Notes under the pieces: generated by a model
Database searches by the model: none
The model's input: only the letters and a program-made list of their open reading frames with translations
What the model was told of the DNA's origin: nothing
From: Felis catus
Taxonomy: Eukaryota
DNA length: 64,000 nt
NCBI RefSeq assembly: GCF_018350175.1
Contig: NC_058378.1
Location: forward strand, 62,434,001 to 62,498,000
Direction of reading: 5' to 3'
In this document: piece after piece, positions 38,801 to 53,900 of the stretch
Layout: the number at the start of each line of letters is the position of its first letter
How positions within the stretch are numbered: the stretch's first letter is position 1
Translations under genes and position numbers: made by a program

Positions 38801-41800
38801 TGTCTTTATTTTTAGAACATGCTTAAGGCAGTCCATGCGACCCAGAAACAGATAGACCTGGTAAAGCTCCATGAACAATCCAAGAGGAACCTGGAAGAAG
38901 AAATCCAGAACTACAAGGATGAGGCTCAGAAGCAGAGAAAGATCATCTTTCAGCTGGAAAAGGAGCGAGATCGGTACATCAATGAAGCCAGTGACCTTAC
39001 CCAAAAGGTAAGTCACTCCTTGACGATGTGCATGGAGCACAAGCACGTTCTTTCTGATTGTCACACACTGTAGCAAAGAGGATTTATTCAGATGTGCGCT
39101 TGTGGTTTGCGTGAGAATTTAAGAGAAATGACGTCAGCAGAGTAAAAGCTGTCCCAGAGCTGATCTGGGCCAAACTGCGAAATGGACAAGGCCAGTGCTT
39201 AGGGGTCCCCTTCACCTGTTGTCGTGCCGTGCAGCTTCTCAGAGCTGGATGCGTGGGGGTGGGATGGGATGGGGGGGAGCTCTTGGCATCGTTATCTCTG
39301 CACCCTTTGTTCACACCCCCCACGTCTGGCCCTGAAACCCTTGTCCCTTCAGACCGAGGATTGCAGCTAGTAGTTAGGAGCAAGGCATCGAATTAAATAA
39401 CCTCAGATTAAGACGTGAGTAACTACTGGCATCAGGCGAACGTTCACACAACAATGGGGAACCTGAAACCTCACCTGTGGCGGAAATTCACACGTTGTGT
39501 AGCTAAGTCCCACATCTCTACCTCTTGTAAGCTGCTGAGGAGAGAGAATGCTCAAGGCAGTGTCTTGAAGAATGACTTCGGGGATTTGGATTCTACTTTG
39601 ACCAGTTGTCTTAGCACATTGCCAGCATTAAGCATGACTGGTCAGACTATCCACCTTCAGTGCATTCACAGCTGCATAGAGCAGGGGGCTTCATGAGGGG
39701 GTTTCATGGTGTCAGGAGGTGGGGTTGGGGAATGGGGGAAAGTTTTAAGTATGAGGCTGAGAGAAGAGAGTTTGGGAGAAAAGACTCATTTAATGAGGTT
39801 CCCAACCACCCCCGACTGCCTCGAAAAGTGTTCTCTACTCTGCAGCATAAGCCCTCTTTATCATCTCCTCAATGAAATCTTCAGTGCATTCTACAGTGTT
39901 TACCAGTGCGCTTGAATGTTTACATTTGTTTTGTGTTTTTTTGGAGTGGGATCTCAGAGAAGTTGACAAGGAGGACAGCCAACATTTGAATTATAAACAT
40001 TAAGAAAGTGGGAAACAAGCATTACTGTTAGGAAATCAGCTTCTTCCCGCTTAGACTAAATAAATGCCGAGCAGATGTTTGTAGAATGTAAGTTTGGAGG
40101 AACACAAATGCATATGCTCTGTCAAGCCCTGGCTGGACGTGTCTTCCTTGTAAAAGATCCCCCCGGTGATTCTCATACCCCTGACTGGGAGCCGTTGGTA
40201 TACAGCATTTCTCTTCTGACTTAATCATCTTACAAGTGCCATTGATTGATTTCCTGACTCGGAGACGACCAGCTGTCAGTTCAGGAACTCGTATTCTCCA
40301 GCCTGGGCTGGCCCATTAGGCTCTGCATCCGTCAGCTTAAGCTGTAACAAATAACCCTCAAATTTCAGTGGTTTATAGCAACAAAGATTTATCTTTTGCT
40401 CAAATCAATGGCCTTTGAGGGTCAGCTGCAGCCCTGTTTCATGCCATCTTCACTTCAGGCTGGCCTCGTACAGAGGGAAAACAGAGTAATAGTGAACCTT
40501 GTGATGCTCTCAGAGCTTCTGCTGGTAAGGGAAGGGCGCAGGGCTTGTCCATTCATATTCCCTTGGCCAAAGCTAGTCACGTGGCCAAGCCCAACATCCC
40601 TGGATAGGAGTATAAATCCTTCTAAGAGAGAGGCACTGTCTGGTGAGACAGTAAATATATCTGAACATATAATCTGTCGCAGCTTCCTACTTCACCTTCT
40701 TGATGATCAATCTCTCTCCACTCCTGGCTGCCATCACACTATCAAAACTAGCTGTTAAAAATTCCGATGTGATCTTAGTATCACCCCCAGCCTTACAAAC
40801 CTCTGTCACTTCTCAGCAACTGGGGCAGTGCATCTTTAGCACATGTAGAAAATAATATGTCTATAGCTAGTGGGAATTAGGGGGAAACTGCTCAGGGCTG
40901 CAGTGGACTAACCCAGGGATGCCTTGGTCCCCCCTGGTAGAGTGAGTCAGTATTTGGACACATATCTATAACGTATGCAAGACAAAGTAATTGGTGTGCT
41001 GTGATTTATGAGACAGAGTCCAAGCTCTTTGTTCTTCCTGGAAAATCCTTCCTTCCCTTCTCTGTATGGAAAACTCCTCTTCATCCTTCAATACCCAGCT
41101 CAAGTGCTCATCTCTGGGGTCATGCCTGCCCTGACCTCTACTTTATGGATTTGTTGATATCTCTGGAATGGCACTTATCATCTTCTCGAGTATTTTCTTT
41201 GCACATTTGCTTTTCTTACTTTACAGAGAGCTCTTGAGAATAGGGTCTTTATCTCATTCATTTCTTCACCTGCAGTGTGCTGGTAAATACTAGGCACCAA
41301 TAAAGTGTGTGTTAAACAGATGGATAGATGACAAGTGATAAAAAGAATGCTGCCACTGATTTTAATACAGGATTATATATTTTTCTGTTTCCTTGTAAAA
41401 GGTAAGGGTACCAAGTTTTTTGTTGTTGTTTATTTTTTCTCTTTTCTTTTCTTTTCTTTAACTTAAATCCAAGTTAGTTAATGTATAGTATAGTATTGGT
41501 TTCAGGAGCAGAATTTAGTGATTCATCACTTACATACAACACCCAATGCTCATCCCAAGTGTCCTCCTTAATGCCCATCACCCATTTAGCCCATCCCCCC
41601 ACCCAACTCCCCTCCAGCAACCCTCAGCTTGTTCTCTGTATTTAGAAATCTCTTATGGTTTGCCTCTGAAAGTGCCAAGTTTTGCTGGTAACTGTTTTTC
41701 ACAATTTCTGATGTTTAATCGCATAAGCTTATATAATGTATCACTAAATCATCTGAGCACAGTTCTTAAAATATTATTTATTAACTGCAATTTTTCTGTC

Positions 41801-41937
41801 TCTTACTTAACCCCTGATAGCCTTATATATGTTGCTATGGCAACTCCAGTCATCTCTAGACTTCTTCTTAAGGTCCCGTGTGTCCTTAATACATATAAGA
41901 AATATGCTCCTCCCCATATTTCTTTCTTTGTTTAGTG

Positions 41938-41990
<53 letters not shown>

Positions 41991-44900
41991 TACCTCACTC
42001 ATTCAGACAAACAGAAAACTCCCTTTCATGCATTCTACTGATAGGGAGTTGAGGACTGATATCAGGGGCTGGGGATAATGTCACAAAACTGATGTTTTTA
42101 TCTATTTCTGGAGTGAGTGTATGTTGTTCCAAGTTTTGACCCAGCAATTTCTTTTGTAAGAACTCAATCTATGGAAAAATAAAAATGCAAAGAGTTTTAC
42201 AAAAGAGCATTCTTTGAAATAAATTCTGCTACATTTATATGAGACAATATTATGTACCATGAAAACCACGTGTTTGAAAAGTAGTTTTAAAAATAGGGAA
42301 CATGTTCACAATATGAATCTGACAAAAACAGAATGCAAAATTACTTATATGGTTTGACCTAGTTTTATCCGTGTGCATAGGAGAAGGGTTGATATTTGAT
42401 TTTGAACTCTTCGTATTACTTATTTTCTAAATAGGTACCAAATATTTTTTGAAAGATGGATGGAAAGTATAATTAGATATCTGAATTAACTACTCAAAGA
42501 CTTACTTATAGGTACTTACATTAAATTCTTCTTCAATAACATATTTATCATTATGGGCCTTCCCTCACTTCAAATTCATTTGGAACATGTAGCCATAATG
42601 GACAATCTTACCTGAACTATCCTTGGCAGTTTTAGCTGTGAGTGACTTATGGCACGGTCTCTTCCGCCTTCTGGGCTGCAAAAACAGTGTCGATATTTGC
42701 CTTCTGCTTCTTTCCATTTAGAGAAAAAAAGGTGAAATCTTAGATACTAAAAGGCCTACATTACATTTTATTAATTTTACTTGGCATTTGCAAACAAGGC
42801 AGAAGATCCTTTTCTGTGCCAGAATCGGATGGCTCAGAATCCCAAACCTTTTCTTATGTGCCTGTCTCAGTCAACACTTGCCATAATAATGCTGCATAAT
42901 ACAGAACCACCAAATCTCCCTGGAGTGCAAAAACAAGCACTTATTTTGCATACATCTGCAGTTGAGTGGGAGTCAGGTGATCGAAGCTAGGCTTGCCTGT
43001 ACTTGGCTTGAGGCTGTGAATTGGGTCTGGTTTTGCTCTACATGTTTCTGATTCTCAGGATGCATGGTGTTCTCATGGAGAAAGAAAGGAAAGCAAAGGA
43101 CAAACCCACCCACACAAGCACAATTCACAGCTCTCTACTTGCCTAATGTCCTTTGACATCCCATTGGCTGTGGCAAGTCACATGTCTGATCTCAACAGCA
43201 AGGGGAGATAGACTCTTCCCACCGAGGTGGTGGGGACAGGGAGAGGGAGTGAATATTTGCAGAACCATAAGATAACCTAGTCCAACGTTTTAGCACTTTT
43301 TATCCTCATGGTTTCTCCTCTGCTGCACTCCCAAATTTTACTATTCAGATAAGTCGAGAGGCACTAGGAATGGCATTGTGAGTTGTGGTCCACCATATTT
43401 ACTAAACTTTTGTAAATTCTGGGTAAAACCATTCCTGGTTAATAGTTAAATCTGTGACCCATCTTGCACATTATGCACTTAACTCATTTTAGAACCCCTC
43501 CCTTTTCATTTTAAATATTAAACTTCTGGCCATTCCTCTCCCAGACATTTTATATGCCGGAAAGCATTCTTTCACAATGGATGCTTACCTACATGTCCCT
43601 TAATGCTCTGCTTATTTGTCTGTAACAGTGTCACTCACGCAAAACCCTCCTGCACAAAGTTCCAAGGCATTAATAATAATGTGCTTTCAAGGGCTTAGCA
43701 GTAAATGAGGAAAGCAAAGGTTGATCAAAGAAATATTGTTGACTGAATAGGTACTTCATGATGAAATGAAGCTCCTGTTTCTTTGATATTAACTTGAAGT
43801 TTTATACAGAGCATCTTCCATAGGATAGAACCCCGGACATACACAAATTATAAGCTTTTTCTGTTGTAATAAAATTAGTGTACAAGGGATTACTGCTTTC
43901 CTGCAGAACAGAATTTGATCCATAGAAACATCAAATTTGTTAAGTACTAATATTATAGAATAGGACATAATGTTAACCTGTCACAAAAATCTATTATTTA
44001 TTAAATGATGAAATTATGATATGCTAGGTACTTAGATGATGGTGCAAATATATGTATCTTCTCACTTAAATCCTCATAATAGCCATCTGAGGTAGATACT
44101 ATTATATCCCTCATTTTATGACATAATGTAATATGTTATTAAAAACAGACACAGAGATATGCCTCTCTAAAATTTAAGGTGGAAGATAAAATAAGAAAGC
44201 AAGAGGGACGCCTGGGTGGCTCAGTCAGTTGGGCGTCCGACTTCAGCTCAGGTCATGATCTTGCGGTCCGTGAGTTTGAGCCCCGCGTCGGGCTCTGTGC
44301 TGACAGCTCAGAGCCTGGAGCCTGTTTCAGATTCTGTGTCTCCCTCTCTCTCTGACCTTCCCCCATTCATGCTCTGTCTCTCTCTGTCTCAAAAATGAAT
44401 AAACGTTAAAAAAATAAAAAAAATAAATAAAAAATAAGAAAGCAAGAAAAATAGAGGAGACTTAAAATCTCACGTGCCTGGCCACATAGGGTTTTTGTTT
44501 GTTTGGTTTTTTTGGTTTGTTTGCTTTTTTTAGAGAGTGAGTTTTTTAGTTTCATTATGAAGGTAAAGGCATTGTCAGCATTCAAACCATTGACGTTGAG
44601 TCAGAAAAGCTTATTGGAGAAGTTTATTATACTGATATTTCATCAAATGTAAGTTAAAGGGTTCCAAATTCAATGACCTACTTTCTTATCCTGTCTTAGT
44701 CTATATGATGTTTTGACTATGCTGCAGATTTCCAGCATGCATTATTGATTTTTATCTCACTCTTACTTCTATTGGCAGGTTGTTTTAACAGAAAAAGAAA
44801 AGGTAGTAGGTTATAAACTGGAATTGTACCCTCATAGTGCACTGTTAGCATTTTCTGGGCTAGTCTGAAGTAGGCTTATGAGGGCCAGGATCTCCAAGTC

Positions 44901-47900
44901 TCTGGCTGTAACAAAGCTTTCTATATTTGTGTGGGATTTATCTCATGAGTTGGTTTGAGGTATCTAAAAGTGTAATCAATTAATTAAACTCCAGTCCCAC
45001 AGCTGGCATCCCATATTCTCTGATATGCCATTTTCAACAGGGGACAATCTGCTGACTAAAGGTTTTGCTCCTACTTAATACCCCACACATTTTATGAATT
45101 TTCAGGATTTGACATCAGTTTGAATGATTTCCGTAGAAAAAAATCGAGTTCCAACCCTCAGAACTAAATTGCTTTGTAAATTGTCTTTTCCTTTTTCCTT
45201 TTTTTTCCCATTGTCACTTAACTAAAATATCTTTGATCTTGGTATCACGATGGGTTCTTATTACTCCCAGCTTTAACAATCCAGAAGCATGTGCACTGTG
45301 ATTTTGTGCACTGTTTTGTGCAGAAAGATGGACCCTGCCAGCCGGATGCCTCCAAAAGAAATGCCCTTGGCTGCATCCTTTTTCTGGAGTGTTCTTCTGT
45401 CTGTGCAAAGGATTATTCTTGTTATATCTCAAAGTGATTGAACAAGCAATTTTTTTCTTTTCTCTGATGTGCAGCTTGATATTCTGAATGCTGATGATGC
45501 TGTTCAAAGTATTTTCAATCCATTCGTTTCACTGACCCCAAAGAGGGTAATCATGTCCATAGAAAGGCTAAATTTTAGTCTAAAGTAGTGCTTTTTCTTT
45601 TTTTAAAATCAAACAAATAACTGATCTACTAATGGATATCTTATTTAGGTTTTTACATTTATTTTTAACTTACGCATTTTCGTTACTGTGGTGGTACCTT
45701 AAAACACTGCCTGCTATAGATTCTACAGATATGGATCAAAGAAATGAGGGGAGAAGGAATGGGGTTTCCATTCATTTCAGATGTATCACATGCCTTTTCC
45801 CCAGACCTCCTTGTCTCAGATTTTCTAATTTATTTCCTTCTAGATCCTCAACCAACCATCGCAACCATTCACCACTGTCTGTATACATTCTTACTTTGGG
45901 ATACTTTCTTTCCACACAGAGTGGATGATAGCAATTAATAATAATAAAACTATAAAAGCATATGAAAATACTTCGTACAAATCTAGTGGCATAAATTTTT
46001 TAAAAAAGGCCGAAATGGTCAATTCTCTCAAAAATACATACCTACATCAAGGTTTGACTTGAGGAGAAGTAGAAAACATAGAAAAATCAATAGCTATGGC
46101 CACCAAAAAAAAAAAAAAAATGAGGGAGAATAAGCTCCAACACTCACAGAGGGCCTAATAACTTTATAATTGAGTTTCTTCAAACTTTTAAGAATCAAAT
46201 AGTTCTCAGGCTCTATAACTTTCGAAAAAGTGCTGCTCATGCACTTTGTATCTTTTGGGGTAATACTGATTGGCACTGCTCTACTGATGTATAACCCATG
46301 CCTTCTGCAGTGATAATGAATAAAGACTCCAGGCCAAGGAGAGAGCTTGGGGTCTGAGGTGAGTCCTTGGTTGGGATGGTTGAGGAATAAAAAGGAAGAG
46401 GTGGTTCCCACAAATTGTGTAAATCCCAAATATTAACTGCTTAGAAAATATATGTAGGACCATTCTTAGAAACTATCCATTAACCTTCCAGTGTTTGAAC
46501 CTGTCATAACACCCTATACATGTCCTGGTTATATTTGTACCCTGGTTATCCATTTTGTGGTAGAGTCACTCAGCAGAGGTGAACTTGAGGGTAGGGAATG
46601 TGTCTTCTGGTTCTTGACATCACTAGTGCTTTTACAGTGCCTGCCATAGATAAGTCCTCAATACATGTTTATTGAGTGAATGAATAGATGGGTGAGTGAA
46701 TGAAAGAGTGAACAGAAAGGTACTCTGTTCACTTTACGAAACTAGCAGAAACCTTGATATCGAAATAGAACAAAAAAGGAAGTTAGAGACTTAGATCACT
46801 TGTGAATACTTATGCAGAATCCTAAATGAAATTCTAGTAAACCAAATTCAACAGCACATTAAAAGCATCATCCAGTATGACCAAAGAGGGTCTGTCCTGA
46901 AACTGCAAGGATAGTTTTCTGTTAAGAAAACTGTTGCTGGCACTACGGAAATGGAAAGTGTTACAGCCATTTTGGAAAGGAATCTATCAATATCTATTAA
47001 AGTTAAAAACATATATGTCTTTTGAACCAGATATTTCACTCCTGGGAATCCTTCCCAACAGAAGTAAAAACACAGGAGCATAAGGACACATGTACAGAAA
47101 TGATTATTTCAGCAGGGTTCAGAGCAGCAAAAAAGTGGAAACCAAACTAAGGCCCCTCAGAGGGGAAGAGCTGAGTGTATAGTGTCTCACTCACACCGGA
47201 GGGCATTAAACCACCTTTAAAGAGAATGAATTAGAGCTACTCCACATGATTCCCCAAAATATTATTGAGAGATTAAAAAGCAAGGTGCATAAAATGTGTA
47301 TAAGGAGATCACATTTTGCTAAAAAATAAAAACAAAACCCAAAAAAGCAAGACAAAGGAAGACAAACAAATCCCTGTGTCTATATATTTACTAGTTGAAG
47401 CGCTGTGGGTGATATTACTTTTTTTTTTTTTACTTAAATTTCTTTCCTTGTAAAATGAGGGTGATTAATAATGCATATCTCATAGGATGTTTTGTAAAGA
47501 TTAAATGATAGAATGTACCTGAGAAATATTGGCTGTTATTATTATTATGCTAGAAGACTTGAATATATGTAGAATTCAAAGAAAAATGTGGAAGAACACA
47601 TACTAAATTGTTAACCTGGTTACTTTATGTGTCAATGAGGGGTTGATATGGGTAGAAGAGAGAAGGACGATCCAAGTAAATAAGTAAAAGAAAAAAAAAT
47701 TCACGTTGATGCATTTATTTAAAATTATGGAACATGGGACTACTTATGAACACATAAAATTAAAATACTTGTAAAAGGAAACATTTATTAGTAAGTATAT
47801 CAAATAAATAGAACCAATAAGAAAAAAAATAGTATAAAATAATATACGCTGAAAAGGCTTTTACTAAAATTTAACTCCATCCTTCCTTAAATATTTTTTA

Positions 47901-50900
47901 AATGTTTATTTATTTATTTTGAGAGAGAGACAGAGAGACAGAGAGACAGAGAGTTGGGGAGAGGCAGAGAGAGAGAGGAAAAGAGAGAATCCCAAGCAGG
48001 CCCCGTGCTGTCAGTGCAGAGCCCAATGCCGAGCTCGAACTCACAAACTGGGAGATCCTGACCTGAGCTGAAATCAAGAGTTGGAGGCTTAACTGACGGA
48101 GCCAACCAGGTGCCCCTTTCCTTAAATATTTCTAAGAAAACTTTGAAAGGTGTTTATTTAAAGATATAAAGGATAAATATATTAAACACTAGGCATCATT
48201 AACTCTGATGGGAAAACATTAGAACTGTTTCTTGGAGTGTGTTTTCTGGAATACTAACTCCACATGGGGGAATAAAAGGCTTCTGTAGTGCAATGACTTG
48301 GGAACATGTTGCTCACAAGTAACCCACACCTGAGTCGTAATGAATATGAATATGTCAAAGGTGTAAGTACTTTTTGACCTTTAGGTTCTAGATAAAATAC
48401 CTCCTTTTCAGAGAAACCTTCTCTGGCCATGTTACTGCATGGACATGCCCTTCTTTCTATTCTCTGTCACATTGCTGTTTCTTTCCTTTAGTTATAACCA
48501 TTAATTAAAATAACGCCACTGAAATGCAGTAAAAATCTTCTGAAGAATTTTCCCCTTACATATTCTAGCTTTTGTCTAGACCATCATTCCATTGATTCAG
48601 TCTTCCTTGCTAAAGTTTTTCTTCTGAAGGAATTTTTGAAGAAGTTTGTCCTTAAAAAATCAATTTCTGTGGACATTGCAGCTAAGAGTCATGATTATAT
48701 AATTTCAATTGTATGGATTGCTTGTTGAGAAGCATTGGCTCACGGTGGAATTTTGTGCCTCGGTTTTTCATAGTTGCAAAAAAGAGGTAGTTATCTTGTA
48801 TCTCATCTTTCCTAGAAGTGTTTTGTGCACAATAGAATGCATTTTTATGAAATCCTTTGAGTTTCCCTGATAGAGCGAGTTTGACATTGGCAAGACAGTG
48901 CTTTGATTGCTATCGATGTCCAAAGGCCACTTTTCTTTTTCGTGGTTAAATTTATAAAGCTGTGAGTGTGGCCAAACAGCTAAGTTATCTCTTATCTTTC
49001 TTAGTGCTCCATGTGAAGATCTGTTTAAACCTGCACCTTTTCTTTTTCTTTTTCTTTTCTTTTTTTTTTTTTTTTTTTTTTTTTTGGTGGGTGGGTGTTC
49101 AGGAGAGGTTTTCAGAATTGAAAGAATTTTTTTACTCTTGTGATCACAAAATAACTGCTAAAGCCTTCATGCTTGAGCAGAACTCTGGTGTAGATAAAAT
49201 GTACGTTTGCCCCTAATCAGCTGGGCTGAATTTCTGTGTTGCACTGCAGTGATCAGAACTGCAGTCAGATTTCCTGATTGCTAACATTTCTACCAGCTAC
49301 TCTTAGATCAAAATCTCTGTTTGTCCTGAACTGATAATTACAGATTGGCTGTGTAACCATTTTTCTATACCTCTTTTTCCCCCAGGTTCTCATGAACATG
49401 GAAGACATAAAAATCCGTGAAATGCAGATTTTTGACCACAGGAAAAAAATAGCTGAATCAGAAACTAAATTAAAACAGCAACAGAACCTGTATGAAGCGG
49501 TGAGGTCAGACAGGAATCTGTATAGCAAAAATCTAGTTGAGGCTCAGGTAAAGAATATGTTTTTGTCTTTATGTTTTGACTCCTCCCCTTCCTGGGTTCA
49601 AAGCAGTTTCTGTTATCCTAATGGCAGGATTTAGAACAAGGCAAGCAAGAAATCTCATGGAATTCACCTGAGAGAGAAGGATCAGTTTGTGCAGAACTAT
49701 CAGATTATTTGAAATAGAAATGACACAGCTTGATACAATGTGACGATCATGGTCCTGCTTTTAATTATTATGTAGAATTGCCATTCTCTTGTTTCTAATT
49801 TTTCAAACTGCTAATAGCTACCAGGGCTGAGAGGGGAGCAGCATTCTGTTGTCATTTAATTGCACATCTTTGCTTTGTAATCTCTTAGTTATAATGTTTG
49901 TTGTTGGGCCAATTCTTCCCTTGTAAAATGAAGAATAAAATGTGTGTGTTGTGTATAAATGTGTTTGTTGTATGTGTGTTGTATATATGTGTTGTGCGTT
50001 GTGTGTGTATGTGTGTGTGAACTGTTCATTATGCATATTTTGTATATATCTCATGAGAAAATTTTGAGAGTTAATGCCTTACAAAGTACTTTCAGGTTGA
50101 TGGGCACAAGGTACAAAGGAACAACAACCTGGTGGTGATTGTCCAGGAGACCATTGTTTTCAGAGAACCTCCCTTAAAAGCTCTTGACTATGTATTGAAC
50201 TTCTATACAGAGGGTGATGTCTATTTAATTCACTTTCAAACATTTCTCCTTTCATTTTGTTAGGATGAAATAACAGAAATGAAGAGAAAATTAAAGATTA
50301 TGACCCATCAGGTAGATCAGCTGAAGGAAGAAATCTCAGCCAAAGAGTCAGCACTTGTGAAGTTACATCTGGAACAGCAGCGGATAGAAAAGGAGAAGGA
50401 AACTTTGAAGGTACAGATCTTATAATAAAAGTGATGGACCAATAGACTACCTCTTTGACCCACTTGAGGCAGGCTCCATGCTCATTGAAGGCAACAAGGT
50501 GCAGGGAGAACAACCGAGGAACCAGGAGGGTGGACTCTAACACCTTCAGGTCAGGCTTCTGTATGGGTAGTGCTCCCAGGTAGAGCAGAGGAGGAAGCCA
50601 GTGGAGATGCATAAGCACCCCTTTCACCTATACTGCTATTATCACATCAGTGGAAGAGAAACTAGCAGGTCAGCAGTGCCTAGGAAGTCCTGGAGCTTGC
50701 AGGCTTGCTACAATCCCTTTGCATTTATAACCTCAGTCCAACACCCATACCCAACCCTCCCAAACTCTTCCCCGGACCTTCCATAAGGTGGTGCTGGCAA
50801 GACTTTGTCCCTCTGCTCCTAATAGTTGTTTGCTTTATGTGCACCTGACTTTTCTACCTGCATTAGCATTAGCCACTCCTCCAGAGCATCACCTCTGTCT

Positions 50901-53900
50901 TTATATATACTACTAAGACATATCCTTTTAAATCTACTAACTTCGAACATTATATGTCTACCAATATAACATAAAGACTTTCCCCAAGAATACAGACCAA
51001 ATAATTACGCCCTTTCAAATCCATGAACCAAATATGTTTTAGTATACACATTCACTAAACCTAATGTATTTTCCTTTTCCTATCAAATCCAGTAGATTTC
51101 CCTTCTAATCCATTTGACCGAAGAATTAAAAAGGAACTTCTAAGAGTATGAAAGTATCACTTTCATTTGAAAATGTATACGCAGAATACTCATGGATGTC
51201 TATAAGCCACTTGCAGGAACTATCTATAGCAAATGAGAGACTGGGTGTCTTGGTTTCTGCACATATTTGTTTTCAAAGATAGTTTCTATATTGAAAATGT
51301 GTAGCTTTAATGCCAAATTTCCTTGATTCCAAGATGCCATAGATTGAATATACACTCTGAATTTCATAATGGGTTTTGTCAACTTAATGATGGGTCTTCG
51401 TGTAAATAAAACTACTATATTAAATCAAGGCACATTTGGTTTGAGAAAGATTAAAATATAACAAAACTGCCTTTACAAAAAGATATGATAATTGATATTT
51501 ACCTAAGACTTGATCTTCCCACTCTAGATTATGATACAAAAGGAATAGGAGGAGGGACTAAAGATGGTGGAATAGTAAGGAGACCCTGAGCTTGCCTTGT
51601 CCCTCGAATACAGCTAGATCAACATTAAATCATTTTAAACAACTAGGATATCAGTCTGAGGATTATGAAAACAATCTGCACAATTGGAGGGAGAGAATGT
51701 GACAGAAGCAAGGATTGGAGCTGTGGATTGGGGGAGAGGAAAGCAGTGGTGCTGCGTAGGGAAGGGAACCCTTTGGCAGGGAGTGGTCAGGAAGAGAGAG
51801 AAAGAGTGGTGGGGATTGAATTAGTGTAGGATTTGTGGGGGATTCTGTGATGCAGGGATCCCCTGGGTTGCACTGGGAGAGATTGCCCCCCACTTCCTAC
51901 TGTACATTTTGAAGAGGGGTTTTTTTTTTTTTTTGCCTTTCCAAGGACAAAAGGCCCACCAGGAGCTGTTGAGTGGCCAATTCAACTTCAGGGAACAGAG
52001 GTGCCCTCAGATGGATGATATCCTGGTCCCAGCTTTTTGCTCTGTGCCACAATAGACTCCAGCCACTGGGTGTGCACTGTGTGACTACTTTTCTGGGACA
52101 GAACAGTGAAGGGCTTGCTGTGAGTCTCTCCTCCAGAGGAGGGGAGTGGTCTGAGTTTTGCTGGGCCTTTTAAGATTTGGTGTTTCGAAACCCAGCCATT
52201 GGCCAGAAATAAAACACAGAACTGTGGCACTGGGAAGACAGGTTAAGGATAGGGATCTGATGAAAGCCTGGGACATTTTTCTGTGAGTTCCTCCTGAACA
52301 GCAGAGGCTGTGGGTTCCCATCTCAGGGGAGGAGGGGACGGGATGATGCCATCTTCCACCCACCCCCCTGCATACCAGCAGTATCAGACTTCAGAGAGAA
52401 ACACAGCACCATCTAGTAGAGGCCGAAATTGCTTCCACCAAGCCCCGCCCACCTATACCTTCCAGGCATATCTCCACTAGGGCAAGTTGGCCTGAACCAG
52501 AGTAGCAGGACCCTTGTCCAGAAGACCAGCACAAATCCCTTCCACCTGCTTTGTCTACATTTTATAGTGTGCTGCAATGTTTCAGCTCTAAGGGGAAACT
52601 GGATCTAGCTTCATTTGGGTTTCTTTTTGTTTGTTTGTTCATTTTCTTTGCTTCTCTTTTTGTCTGTGTTGTTTTCTTTTTCTTTCTTGGGTACAGGAAG
52701 AGAAAATTTGTTGTTCTATTTTATTTCCTTTATTGTTAAACCTTTTTTGAATTTTTAATTTCTTGTTAAAAATATTTTTTCTTGGGGCGCCTGGGTGGCT
52801 CAGTCGGNNNNNNNNNNNNNNNNNNNNNNNNNNNNNNNNNNNNNNNNNNNNNNNNNNNNNNNNNNNNNNNNNNNNNNNNNNNNNNNNNNNNNNNNNNNNN
52901 NNNNNNNNNNNNNNNNNNNNNNNNNNNNNNNNNNNNNNNNNNNNNNNNNNNNNNNNNNNNNNNNNNNNNNNNNNNNNNNNNNNNNNNNNNNNNNNNNNNN
53001 NNNNNNNNNNNNNNNNNNNNNNNNNNNNNNNNNNNNNNNNNNNNNNNNNNNNNNNTCTTGACAAAAACCCTCAAGAAAGTAGGGATAGAATGAACATACC
53101 TCAACGTCATAAAGGCCATATACTAAAAACCCACAGCTAATGTCCTCCTCAGTGGGAAAAAAACTGAGAGTTTTCCCGTTAAGGTGAAGAACATGACAGG
53201 CATGTCCACTCTCACCACTATTGTTCAACATAGTACTGGAAGTCCTAGCCTCAGCAATCAGGCAACAAAAAGAAATAAAAGGCATCCAAATTGGCAAGGA
53301 NNNNNNNNNNNNNNNNNNNNNNNNNNNNNNNNNNNNNNNNNNNNNNNNNNNNNNNNNNNNNNNNNNNNNNNNNNNNNNNNNNNNNNNNNNNNNNNNNNNN
53401 NNNNNNNNNNNNNNNNNNNNNNNNNNNNNNNNNNNNNNNNNNNNNNNNNNNNNNNNNNNNNNNNNNNNNNNNAATCAAGGAATTGATCCCATTTACAATT
53501 GCACTAAAAACCATAAGATACCTAGGAATAAACCTAACTAACGAGGTAAAATATCTGTATGCTGNNNNNNNNNNNNNNNNNNNNNNNNNNNNNNNNNNNN
53601 NNNNNNNNNNNNNNNNNNNNNNNNNNNNNNNNNNNNNNNNNNNNNNNNNNNNNNNNNNNNNNNNNNNNNNNNNNNNNNNNNNNNNNNNNNNNNNNNNNNN
53701 NNNNNNNNNNNNNNNNNNNNTCACAGAGCTAGAACAAACAATTCTAAAATGTTTATGGAACCAGAAAAGACTCTGAATAGCCAAAATAATGTTGAAAAGA
53801 AAACCAAAGCTGGAGGCATCACAATTCTGGACTTCAAGCTGTTATTACAAAGCTGTAGTCATCAAGATGGTATGGTACTGGCACAAAAAGACACATAGAT

